NCBI GenBank assembly: GCA_030445745.1
Contig: JASUTE010000005.1
Coordinates: 68,501 to 132,500, forward strand
DNA from: Candidatus Cloacimonadota bacterium
Lineage (GTDB): Bacteria; Cloacimonadota; Cloacimonadia; Cloacimonadales; TCS61
Length of the DNA: 64,000 nt
Reading direction: 5' to 3'
Under the pieces are notes generated by a model. It worked only from the letters and a program-made list of their open reading frames with translations, was not told the DNA's origin and did no database searches. Position numbers and translations under genes: made by a program. This document shows positions 8,766 through 17,584 of the stretch, in pieces; position 1 is the stretch's first letter; each line of letters starts with the position of its first letter.

Positions 8766-9866
8766 ATGATAATTACGATAGCAAACACTGTTATAATTGT
8801 GAGTGGCATTTCTGGTTTCTTAGCGTTTTTACTGGTGTTAGCCGAAAAATTCTTTGCTAATTATGGCGAATGCAAGATAGATATTAACGGGAAAAAAGAA
8901 CTGGTAATAGAAGGTGGGAGTTCTTTACTAGCTAGTTTGAACGAGAATAAAATATTTTTAGCATCTGCTTGTGGTGGTCGTGGTAGTTGTGGTTTTTGTA
9001 AATGTACTGTAAAAAGCGGTGGAGGCCCGCTGCTACCAACCGAGAAACCATTTTTGAATTCACAGGAAATAAATAAGGGTGTAAGATTAGCCTGCCAGAT
9101 AAAAGTTAAGGAAGATCTTCAGATAGAAATTCCTGAAGAAATTTTTAATATTCGCAAATTTAAAGCTGAGGTTAGCCAAATAAGAAATTTTACCTACGAT
9201 ATCAAAGAATTAACTTTGAAGTTGATAGAGCCAAATGAAATAGATTTTAAAGCTGGGCAGTATGTGCAGTTGGAAGCGCCACCTTATGAAAAAAGCAAGC
9301 ACAGTGTAACTCGGGCTTACTCAATAGCCAGCAGTCCGCTCCACAAAGATTATATTCAGCTCATTATTCGTCGTGTTCCCGATGGTATTTGCACTACATA
9401 TATTTTCGATTATTTGCAGCAGGGCGATAATATCAATTTCACTGGACCTTTCGGCGATTTCATCATTCGGGACACCCAATCTGATATGTTATTCGTGGCT
9501 GGAGGTTCCGGTAAAGCTCCTATAAAATCTATGTTGGAATATTTACAGAACCAGGGCAGTAAGCGCCGAATGATTTATATGTTCGGAGCTCGTACTAAAG
9601 ACGATCTTTACTTAACAGAAGAATTTAGGGAATTGGAAGAAAAATTGGCCGATTTTACTTACGTTCCAGTTCTTTCTAAGCCCAAAGAGGGTACAGACTG
9701 GCAAGGAAAAACTGGTTACATTCCGCCCTATTTTCCTGAGTATATAAAAGATCCCCAAAATACTGAAGCTTATCTATGCGGTAGCCCCGGTATGATTGCC
9801 GCAGTAAAGAAAGGGTTGTTGGAAAATGGTGTTAGCGAAGATAAAATTTATTACGACAGCTTTTAA
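8766..9866 (+). CDS. nqrF: NqrF-type subunit (TM helix + 2Fe-2S ferredoxin + FAD/NADH-binding FNR-like domain)
   Basis: 366 aa. Cluster motif 'CGGRGSCGFCKC...RLACQ', FAD motif 'RAYSIAS', NAD motif 'AGGSGKAP', and C-terminal 'YLCGSPGM'. Confidence 0.92.
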   Translation: MIITIANTVIIVSGISGFLAFLLVLAEKFFANYGECKIDINGKKELVIEGGSSLLASLNENKIFLASACGGRGSCGFCKCTVKSGGGPLLPTEKPFLNSQEINKGVRLACQIKVKEDLQIEIPEEIFNIRKFKAEVSQIRNFTYDIKELTLKLIEPNEIDFKAGQYVQLEAPPYEKSKHSVTRAYSIASSPLHKDYIQLIIRRVPDGICTTYIFDYLQQGDNINFTGPFGDFIIRDTQSDMLFVAGGSGKAPIKSMLEYLQNQGSKRRMIYMFGARTKDDLYLTEEFRELEEKLADFTYVPVLSKPKEGTDWQGKTGYIPPYFPEYIKDPQNTEAYLCGSPGMIAAVKKGLLENGVSEDKIYYDSF

Positions 9867-9878
9867 CAGAGGTGAATT

Positions 9879-10331
9879 ATGAAGGAAACTCCCCAGGAAA
9901 AAAAAATACATGAAAATATGAAAGCTGGTGTTCTTACCATGCACGGTTTTTTGGGTGATGATGATAGACACTTTCATGAAATTATCGCAGAAGATAAGGC
10001 CGCTTTGGAAAAGCTTGGGCTTTCCTGCTATCAAATTGCCGATAAACTTCAACAAATTACCGATAAAGCTTATAATAGTTACCAGGATAGCATTTTGTTG
10101 GATGATAAACTCTTGGTTTCCTATAACAGTGTACGAGGCAAAACAATTTGTCCTTTCGGCCATCCTGGCGGCTACCCCAAAGGTGAAATAAAATTAAAGA
10201 ATTTGGAAAATGGAAGAACTATCGTCTGGACACCTTTAAATATTCATATGATCAGAGAGCACTGTTTTTTCGAAGGAGAAGGTTCCAAACACAGATTGGA
10301 TCCACAAATTATCAAAAAAACTCTTTTCTGA
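9879..10331 (+). CDS. Hypothetical protein (150 aa, soluble)
   Basis: GAGGTG-type SD region. Sits 12 nt after nqrF. I recognise no family. Notable residues are 'CPFGHPGGYPKG' and 'HCFFEGEGSKH'. Confidence 0.55.
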   Translation: MKETPQEKKIHENMKAGVLTMHGFLGDDDRHFHEIIAEDKAALEKLGLSCYQIADKLQQITDKAYNSYQDSILLDDKLLVSYNSVRGKTICPFGHPGGYPKGEIKLKNLENGRTIVWTPLNIHMIREHCFFEGEGSKHRLDPQIIKKTLF

Positions 10332-10337
10332 AGATAG

Positions 10338-11489
10338 ATGAATAGAATATTTTTTATTATTATCTTATTTTTATGGGGCGAGATAAGTGGCCAAACCTTA
10401 AATGAAAAGATAGAAAAATTAGACGAAATACGTTCCGAACTAAATAAAAAAATTGAAGAGATAGAACAAACTGAGCAACAAAAACAAGAGACAACCCAAA
10501 ATTTGCAAGAATATCTTGCCCAGAAACATACAATTGAAGCTAAAATAGAAAATTTAGAAAAAATAAAGAAAAATGCTAAATCGGAATATGAATCGACCAC
10601 GAATAGATTGAGTGATACTCGCAAAACACTTCTAGCAACTCAAAATTATGCCGATGTGGTGAACATGGTGTGCCAGGAAGAATTCAACATACTTTTTAAA
10701 CTGCACTTCAAAAGTGTTCTTTATCCCGAAAATATTTCCGACTGCAAATTACTAGCTTATATGCTAAACGAATCTTTAAAAGAGAGCAGCCAAGTGAATA
10801 AGGAACTCAACAATTTACTCAGTGCCAAACAGCGCTTGGAAAGAAAGAAAAAAAAGGATGAAAAATATTATCTGGATGTGCGCTGGAGTGAAATAGTGAA
10901 TAAAAAAAAAGATAAGAAATATACAAAAATGGTGAAGGATTTAGAAAATAACTTAGCGCAAATTGAAAAAGAACATAAACAGATGCTGCAGGTAAAAGCT
11001 CAGTTGGAAAAAGAAGCCAAATCCTTAGATGAATTGATAAGCAAATTGCAGTCGGAAATATTACAAGAAGATTATAGCTTTCAATTCTCTACAGAAAAAC
11101 TGATTTGGCCTCTTACAGGTAAAATATTAAGAGATTTTGGTGAACAAAAGAGTAGTGATTATAACGTAACTGTTTTTAATAATGGCATAGATATTGGTGC
11201 TAATCGAGGTAGCCAGGTAAAAGTAGTAGAAGATGGGGTAGTGGTCTTTGCAGAGCGTCATGGTGGTTCAGGAAAGCTTGTTATCGTTAATCATCGTAAT
11301 GGTTTTTACACCTTGTATGGACACAATAGTGTGCTTATGGTTTCCAAAGGAGAAGAAGTATTTAAAGGACAAACAATTGCACTTTCGGGGGCTACAGGTA
11401 CAGCAGCACAACCTTGCTTGCATTTCGAGATAAGAAAAAAGGGGAAGCCAGTAGATCCACTGGAATTTTTGGATGAAAATAATAAATAA
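10338..11489 (+). CDS. M23 family metallopeptidase with N-terminal coiled coil (EnvC-like murein hydrolase activator/peptidase)
   Basis: Signal-like N-terminus, then a long heptad-rich K/E/Q region. The C-terminal LytM domain carries 'HGGSGKLVIVNH', 'YGHNS' and 'CLHFEIRKKGKPVDPLEFL'. Confidence 0.88.
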   Translation: MNRIFFIIILFLWGEISGQTLNEKIEKLDEIRSELNKKIEEIEQTEQQKQETTQNLQEYLAQKHTIEAKIENLEKIKKNAKSEYESTTNRLSDTRKTLLATQNYADVVNMVCQEEFNILFKLHFKSVLYPENISDCKLLAYMLNESLKESSQVNKELNNLLSAKQRLERKKKKDEKYYLDVRWSEIVNKKKDKKYTKMVKDLENNLAQIEKEHKQMLQVKAQLEKEAKSLDELISKLQSEILQEDYSFQFSTEKLIWPLTGKILRDFGEQKSSDYNVTVFNNGIDIGANRGSQVKVVEDGVVVFAERHGGSGKLVIVNHRNGFYTLYGHNSVLMVSKGEEVFKGQTIALSGATGTAAQPCLHFEIRKKGKPVDPLEFLDENNK

Positions 11490-12534
11490 AACTGGCAAAT
11501 TAGAAAATTTCGTAAAAAATCACTGGCAACCCAATATGGTTTTCCTACACGATACCGGTAGTATGTATGGGATAGGTTGCGCTGCCTTCCAAAAAGATGC
11601 AGTTGCTAAAATAGACAGACTGAAACAACGGGGTCAGCGCAAACATTATTTGGTGCTTTTTCCTAAAATAGAGTGGCTGAGTAGATATGGAATAATTTAT
11701 CCAAACATTCTTCAACGCCTTTTCAGGCAGTTTTGGCCTGGTAATCTCACTATCCTATTATCCGATAAGAAAAAATATTTTTCTCACCTTACTTTTAGCA
11801 ATAAAATCGGAATACGTATTCCGGAAAGTAAACTTCTACGCGATTTTATTTCCTACATTGAAGAACCAATTGTAAGTACCAGTATAAACGTAAGTGGCGA
11901 AGCACCACTTAAAGATTTAAAGCAGATAATAAAAGAGAAAGGTAGCTGGTTCGATTTTGGGATCTCAGACAAAAGTAAAGTATTAGCACAACCCTCTACA
12001 ATTATTGATTTTGTAGGTGGAGAACTTAAGCTGATTCGTGCTGGTAGTATCAATTTCGATTTGATAGAACAAAGCCTAAAAAAACCACTTATCTTGTTTG
12101 TATGCACTGGCAACATTTGTCGTAGCCCTATGGCTGAATATTATACGCGCAATCTAATAGAACAAAGGGGACTAAATTATCGAGTAGCTTCAGCTGGATT
12201 TATGGCTTCCGGTTATCCTATTTCCGAATCTGCTTTTAAAGTTTTAAGAGAAAATGGCATAGATGCAGCACACCATGTGTCTTCTGTTCTAAATAGGAAG
12301 CTGGTGGAAGAAAGCAATTTAATTATTACTATGACCTTACGTCAGAAGCGCGATCTTTTAAGTTTGTACCCAAATAGTTATAATAAAACCTTTACATTTT
12401 CGGAATTTTGTGATTTTGCCTCGGATATAGAAGATCCCTATGGTTTGGAAATTGAATATTACCGCGGTGCGTTTGAGATGATAAAAACAAGAGCGCTGGT
12501 ATTATTAGAAAAATTGGAAGCAGAGGTGGAATGA
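11473..12534 (+). CDS. Fusion protein: YrdC/Sua5-family L-threonylcarbamoyladenylate synthase domain + low-molecular-weight protein (Tyr/Arg) phosphatase domain
   Basis: The N-terminal ~200 aa are YrdC-like ('FWPGNLTILL', 'IGIRIPES', 'STSINVSGE', 'STIIDF'). The C-terminal part has the LMW-PTP P-loop 'VCTGNICRSPMAE' and the Asp loop 'DIEDPYG'. Confidence 0.85.
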   Translation: MKIINKTGKLENFVKNHWQPNMVFLHDTGSMYGIGCAAFQKDAVAKIDRLKQRGQRKHYLVLFPKIEWLSRYGIIYPNILQRLFRQFWPGNLTILLSDKKKYFSHLTFSNKIGIRIPESKLLRDFISYIEEPIVSTSINVSGEAPLKDLKQIIKEKGSWFDFGISDKSKVLAQPSTIIDFVGGELKLIRAGSINFDLIEQSLKKPLILFVCTGNICRSPMAEYYTRNLIEQRGLNYRVASAGFMASGYPISESAFKVLRENGIDAAHHVSSVLNRKLVEESNLIITMTLRQKRDLLSLYPNSYNKTFTFSEFCDFASDIEDPYGLEIEYYRGAFEMIKTRALVLLEKLEAEVE

Positions 12535-13670
12535 TGGAATATAATTTGCTAAAATTCAGAAGATTTCTGCATCAGCATCCCGAGCTTTCTGGCAAAGAAG
12601 CTCACACAGCACAAAATATTGTGGAAACACTGGAATTTTTCTCACCAAGTAAAATTATAACCAATTTAGGTGGACACGGCGTAGCAGCAATTTTTAAAAC
12701 TGGAACAACTGGACCTACTGTATTGCTACGAGCAGAATTGGATGCGCTTCCTATAGAAGAGCTGAACGATTTTGCTTATAAAAGCAGGGAAGAGGGGATT
12801 TCCCATAAATGTGGACATGATGGGCATATGACAATTTTGGTGGGAGTGGCAGCCAAGCTGGCACAAAATATAAATAAACTCAAAGGTAGAATTATTTTGC
12901 TTTTCCAGCCCGCAGAAGAAACCGCTGAAGGTGCCAAGAAAGTAATAGAAGACTTAGAAATAAAAGGAATTGTACCAGATTACGTTTTTGCACTTCATAA
13001 TTTACCTGGTTATCCCTTGGGACAAATGATTCTACGTAAAAACGTCTTTGCTTCAGCTTCTCAAGGATTTATAACCCGATTTAAAGGTAAAACTTCCCAT
13101 GCTGGCCACCCAGAAAATGGCAGCAACCCCGTACTAGCTATGACAGCACTGATAAATTCACTACTAGCCTTGCCGCAGCTGCATACTTCTTTCAACGATT
13201 CTGCCTTAGCTACCATTGTTCATGCAAAATTGGGCGAAATAGCATTTGGTACTTCGCCAGCCGAAGCTGAAGTAATGGCGACTTTTAGAACTCATTCCGA
13301 TAAAGTTATGCAGCAACTTAGCCAGCGGGCAGTTGAGATAACAGAAGGCCTGGCCGCAACCTATAATCTGAAATTTATAGTGGACTGGGTGGAAAAATTT
13401 CCTGCTACAAAAAATAATGATGATTGTGTAGATATTTTGGAAGAAGTTGCCCAAAAACTTGATATAGACTATATTTATCGTTCTCAGCCTTTTCCCTGGT
13501 CGGAAGATTTTGCCTACTTTACCCAAAAATACAAAGGTGCTTTCTTTGGAATAGGTGCTGGTGAAAAGCATCCGCAACTGCATGATGAATTCTACGATTT
13601 TGCAGATGAGATAACAGAGGTTTGTGTAGAAATTTTCCTAGAAATTATAAATAAGATTCTGAAGGTGTGA
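12531..13670 (+). CDS. M20D-family amidohydrolase (N-acyl-amino-acid/hippurate hydrolase-like)
   Basis: 'FRRFLHQHPELSGKE', 'LRAELDALPI', 'HKCGHDGH', 'FQPAEE' and 'HNLP' are the standard M20D signature set. Confidence 0.88.
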   Translation: MMEYNLLKFRRFLHQHPELSGKEAHTAQNIVETLEFFSPSKIITNLGGHGVAAIFKTGTTGPTVLLRAELDALPIEELNDFAYKSREEGISHKCGHDGHMTILVGVAAKLAQNINKLKGRIILLFQPAEETAEGAKKVIEDLEIKGIVPDYVFALHNLPGYPLGQMILRKNVFASASQGFITRFKGKTSHAGHPENGSNPVLAMTALINSLLALPQLHTSFNDSALATIVHAKLGEIAFGTSPAEAEVMATFRTHSDKVMQQLSQRAVEITEGLAATYNLKFIVDWVEKFPATKNNDDCVDILEEVAQKLDIDYIYRSQPFPWSEDFAYFTQKYKGAFFGIGAGEKHPQLHDEFYDFADEITEVCVEIFLEIINKILKV

Positions 13671-14833
13671 AAATGTTGAATACTTCCTACATTACATTGA
13701 ATAAAAGAGCTTTAAAGCAAAATATTCGTTATTTAAAAAAACGTATTGGTAAAGATGTGAAATTTACTTCTGTAATAAAAGGAAATGCCTATGGACACGG
13801 CATAGAGAAATTTCTACCTATGGCGGAATCTTGTGGAGTAGATTATTTTGCTGTTTTCGATTCCTATGAAGCTGCCAGAGCGCTTTCGGTAAAATCGGAA
13901 AAATCTCAGCTGATGATAATGGGAGCTATAGATAATGAAGATTTGCCGTGGGCAATAGAGAACAATATCTCGTTCTACGTCTTCGACCTAAACAGGCTGA
14001 AAAAAGCAATAGCAGCAGCAAAATATATAAATAAACCAGCCCGCATTCATATAGAATTGGAAACAGGTTTAAACAGAACTGGCTTTGAACGGGACTTACT
14101 GCCACAGGTTGCAAAGATTATAAACGAAAATAGAAAAGATGTAGAGATAGAAGGAGTTTGTACTCATTATGCAGGAGCTGAAAGTGTAGCAAATTATCTG
14201 CGAATTCAAAACCAGAAAGAAAAATTTGATACTAGCAGTAGTTTTTTGAAATCAAAGAAAATAGTACCACATTACTATCATACAGCTTGTTCGGCAGCAG
14301 CGCTTATTTATCCAGAAACTCAGATGGATATGGTACGTATTGGAATTGCTCATTATGGTTTCTGGCCCAGCGAAGAAACTAAAATGTACAACCTACTTTC
14401 CGACAACCGGGATTTTACCCGAGATCCACTGCATTCAGTTTTAGAGTGGAAAACCAAGATCATGAGTTTAAAAAAAGTGAAACAGGGCGATTTTATTAGC
14501 TATGGCAATTCCTTTCTGGCTTCCAAAAATAAGTTAATAGCTGGCATACCAATTGGTTATTATCATGGCTATAGACGCAGTTTAAGCAATGTGGGGCATG
14601 TGCTAATAAAAGGAAGAAAAGCTCAGGTGGTTGGTTATGTTAATATGAATATGTTTTTAGTAGATGTAACCAATATAAAAGATGTAAAAGTTGGTGATGA
14701 AGTGATCTTGATTGGGAAACAGGGAAAGCAACGAATATCGGTAGCATCTTTTTCCGAACTTACCAATTTTTTAAACTATGAACTATTATCGCGATTACCA
14801 ATACAAATTCCACGCTATATTAAGGAAAAATGA
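13667..14833 (+). CDS. alr: Alanine racemase
   Basis: 388 aa. PLP-Lys motif 'SVIKGNAYGHG', plus 'VRIGIAHYG' and 'YGNSF...GYYHGYRR'. Confidence 0.93.
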   Translation: MKMLNTSYITLNKRALKQNIRYLKKRIGKDVKFTSVIKGNAYGHGIEKFLPMAESCGVDYFAVFDSYEAARALSVKSEKSQLMIMGAIDNEDLPWAIENNISFYVFDLNRLKKAIAAAKYINKPARIHIELETGLNRTGFERDLLPQVAKIINENRKDVEIEGVCTHYAGAESVANYLRIQNQKEKFDTSSSFLKSKKIVPHYYHTACSAAALIYPETQMDMVRIGIAHYGFWPSEETKMYNLLSDNRDFTRDPLHSVLEWKTKIMSLKKVKQGDFISYGNSFLASKNKLIAGIPIGYYHGYRRSLSNVGHVLIKGRKAQVVGYVNMNMFLVDVTNIKDVKVGDEVILIGKQGKQRISVASFSELTNFLNYELLSRLPIQIPRYIKEK

Positions 14834-15326
14834 CTACCCAAAGAGCGGTGAAATACAAGTATAGGAAATTTAAAAAGCATTGGAAGAACTAAGTATAACA
14901 AAGTGTAATGGCAACGGTGCTTATTTACCTGCTGCTTTCCATTTTACACCTCCAGCATTTGGTAAATGTGGCTTCTATAGGTGCTTCGGCTTTTATTGTT
15001 TTTGCTATGCCCAAATCATTAACATCTAAAGAGAAAAATCTGGTGGCCGTCATGTTAGCGGCATCATTGTGGGAGCTCTGTTGGCAATTCTTTTGGCCAA
15101 CTGCAAAATTACAGCGATTCGGCTTGTGATCATGGCGCTTTCCGTGGGAATCACAATGTTCATTATGGTGGTGGTGGATGTAGAGCATCCGCCGGCATGC
15201 GGTACAGCTTTGGGGATTGTCGTAGATGGCTTTTCCAGTGAACTGGCGCTGGCTGTTGTCTTAAGCAGTTTATTGCTGGCTGCAGCTCACTATTTTTTCA
15301 AGCCCTATATGAAAAACTTGGTTTGA
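14830..15326 (+). pseudogene. HPP-family membrane protein, disrupted (frameshift, possibly also in-frame stops)
   Basis: The family motifs are split over two frames. 'IGASAFIVFAMP' is in frame 1 (ORF 14908-15129). 'GGRHVSGIIVG...VEHPPACGTALG' is in frame 0 (open from ~15000, ORF listed from 15069). The switch lies around 15034-15050. An ATG at 14830 overlaps the alr stop and is in frame with 14908, but TAA codons at 14890 and 14896 interrupt it. Confidence 0.6.
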
Positions 15327-16652
15327 TCAGTTATTTATCTTGGCCATCAGCTGGCCAATGTGTTTTATTTTTATTAGGTTAGAACGTTGAAGGCTAACTT
15401 TATCGGAAATGACAATTTTTTTGTAGCCCAATCTTACAGCTTCTTTAATACGCATTTGTATCTGAGAAACAGGCCGAATTTCGCCATTTAAGCCAACTTC
15501 GCCTATAAAGATCATATCAGCGGGTAGGGGTTGGTCGTTAAAACTCGAGATCACAGCAGCTACAGCAGCTAAATCTAAGGCTGGCTCCACTACTTTAATG
15601 CCACCCGCCAAATTAAGAAATACATCGTTATTGCGTAGGTTCAGCGAAAGGTTTTTTTCGATAACTGCCAGCAGTAACGCTAATTTTCTTCTATCGAAAC
15701 CAAGGGTTACTCTTTGTGAAGTACCATAATTAGCAGGTGATATTAATCCTTGAACCTCTACCAGAAAAACGCGGCTTCCTTCTATCGTGGCACCTACAGC
15801 AGTTCCAATTCGATTATCTGTTTTATTAATAAATATACGAGAGGGATCAGCTACTTCGACCAAACCTTTACTTTGCATTTCGAAAATTCCGATCTCGTTG
15901 GTAGAACCAAACCGATTCTTGGTAGCTCTTAAAATTTTAAATTGATTCTGGCTCTCACCTTCAAAATAGAGCACTGTATCTACCATATGTTCTATTATTT
16001 TAGGACCAGCAACTGCTCCTTGTTTGGTTACATGTCCAATTAAAAATGTCGGAATTCCAGTTTTTTTGGCCAGACGAACCAAGAGAGAGGTAATCTCGCG
16101 CAATTGAGAAATACTACCAGCTGGAGAATCTAAATTTTCCGTAAAAATCGACTGGATAGAATCTACTACAATAAGTTGCGGTTCAAATTTAGCAATAGCT
16201 TGCAAACATGCTTCAATTTGGGTTGTGCATAAAAGGTAGAGTTCTTCAGAAGTACATCCCAGCCGATCGCAACGGAGCTTTATCTGCTGTGTACTCTCTT
16301 CACCCGAGATATACAAAATTTTTTGTTTTTTATTAGCTAATTTATCTGCTAGCTGCAGCATCAGGGTAGATTTTCCAATACCCGGTTCGCCTCCTATCAA
16401 CACAACCATGCCTGGAATGATGCCGCCACCCAGGCTGCCATCCAGTTCATTTATTCCAGTAAGTATTCGCTTGCGGGCTTTGGTTTGTATTGAGGTTATC
16501 GATTGCGGCTCTGCTTCCTCTATAGCAATTTTGCTCTTTTTCTTTTTCCCCACAATCCGACTGACCTCTTTTAAAGAATCCCAAGCTCCACATACTGGAC
16601 ATTTACCCTGCCAGCTATTAGTTTCTGCTCCACACTCTGTACAAACAAACAT
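15327..16652 (-). CDS. radA: DNA repair protein RadA (Sms)
   Basis: N-terminal zinc ribbon 'CTECGAETNSWQGKCPVCGAW', Walker A 'GGEPGIGKST', the KNRFG motif, and a Lon-like C-terminal domain. Confidence 0.96.
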   Translation of the reverse strand: MFVCTECGAETNSWQGKCPVCGAWDSLKEVSRIVGKKKKSKIAIEEAEPQSITSIQTKARKRILTGINELDGSLGGGIIPGMVVLIGGEPGIGKSTLMLQLADKLANKKQKILYISGEESTQQIKLRCDRLGCTSEELYLLCTTQIEACLQAIAKFEPQLIVVDSIQSIFTENLDSPAGSISQLREITSLLVRLAKKTGIPTFLIGHVTKQGAVAGPKIIEHMVDTVLYFEGESQNQFKILRATKNRFGSTNEIGIFEMQSKGLVEVADPSRIFINKTDNRIGTAVGATIEGSRVFLVEVQGLISPANYGTSQRVTLGFDRRKLALLLAVIEKNLSLNLRNNDVFLNLAGGIKVVEPALDLAAVAAVISSFNDQPLPADMIFIGEVGLNGEIRPVSQIQMRIKEAVRLGYKKIVISDKVSLQRSNLIKIKHIGQLMAKINN

Positions 16653-16654
16653 AG

Positions 16655-17584
16655 TTACTTCCTATTTTTATAAAAATTTTTGGTTGTTTCTACATCTTTT
16701 CCAATTTGTTTGATTAAAGCTTGTTTGCTACTAAAAGTAAATTCATCTCTTATTTTTTTGAGAAAATAAAGCTCTACATTACTATTGTAAAGATCTTCAT
16801 TGAAATCTAAAATATAAGATTCAATAGATTTAATACCATTTTTCTTTAACGTGGGACTATAACCAATATTGGTAGCGGCTGCAAAATTTTTGTCTTTAAC
16901 TCTTATGTTACAAATATAAACTCCAATAGCCGGGATGAGTTTATTTGGTTGAGCTGGTTTTAAATTAACTGTAGGATATCCCAGAGTTTTTCCTATTTTA
17001 TGCCCGCTTACCACTTGGCCAACAATGCTGTAATTTCTACCCAGATAGCTTTTTACTTTCTGCATATTGCCTTCGCGTACCAAATCACGTATGATACTAC
17101 TGCTAATGATACGATTATCTTGGCGATATGGTTCCACAATGTCGATTTTGTAATTATATTTGCAAGCAAGTTCCTTTAGAAGCTTGTAATCTCCTTTCCT
17201 ATCTTTCCCGAAATGTGTATCATATCCAATTACCAGTTCTCGAGCACCTATTTCTTGCAAAATTATTTTTTTTAGGAATTTCTCTGGTTCCATTGCTGCC
17301 ATTTCAGGGGTGAAATTTAAATACAATATGCAATCTATTCCCAAGTTATACAGAAGTTTTTCTTTAACTGCATTTTCAGTTAGCAGATAGGGAAAAGTTT
17401 TGCGGTGAATAGTTTCTAAAGGATGATGATAGTAGGTTAGAACAACAGCTTCACCATTTTTTGCCCGCGCTGTTTTTACAAGTTTTTTAATTAACTTCTG
17501 ATGACCTTTATGTACGCCATCGAAAGTTCCCATGGTAAGAACTGGATAGTTTAATTTACAAATTTGATTTTCTAAAAAAGTCAT
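16655..17584 (-). CDS. ribF: Bifunctional riboflavin kinase / FMN adenylyltransferase
   Basis: 309 aa. 'TMGTFDGVHKGHQ', and in the kinase domain 'GHKIGKTLGYPTVN' and 'ESYILDF'. Confidence 0.94.
   Translation of the reverse strand: MTFLENQICKLNYPVLTMGTFDGVHKGHQKLIKKLVKTARAKNGEAVVLTYYHHPLETIHRKTFPYLLTENAVKEKLLYNLGIDCILYLNFTPEMAAMEPEKFLKKIILQEIGARELVIGYDTHFGKDRKGDYKLLKELACKYNYKIDIVEPYRQDNRIISSSIIRDLVREGNMQKVKSYLGRNYSIVGQVVSGHKIGKTLGYPTVNLKPAQPNKLIPAIGVYICNIRVKDKNFAAATNIGYSPTLKKNGIKSIESYILDFNEDLYNSNVELYFLKKIRDEFTFSSKQALIKQIGKDVETTKNFYKNRK

Noticed and set aside
14890-14898. In-frame TAA codons (and TGA at 61567) as evidence of stop-codon reassignment.
   Set aside because: TAA, TAG and TGA each terminate well-conserved genes at their expected C-termini in this window, for example ferritin (TAA), rubredoxin (TAG) and alr (TGA). 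The interrupted genes also carry frameshifts, so gene decay is the better explanation.
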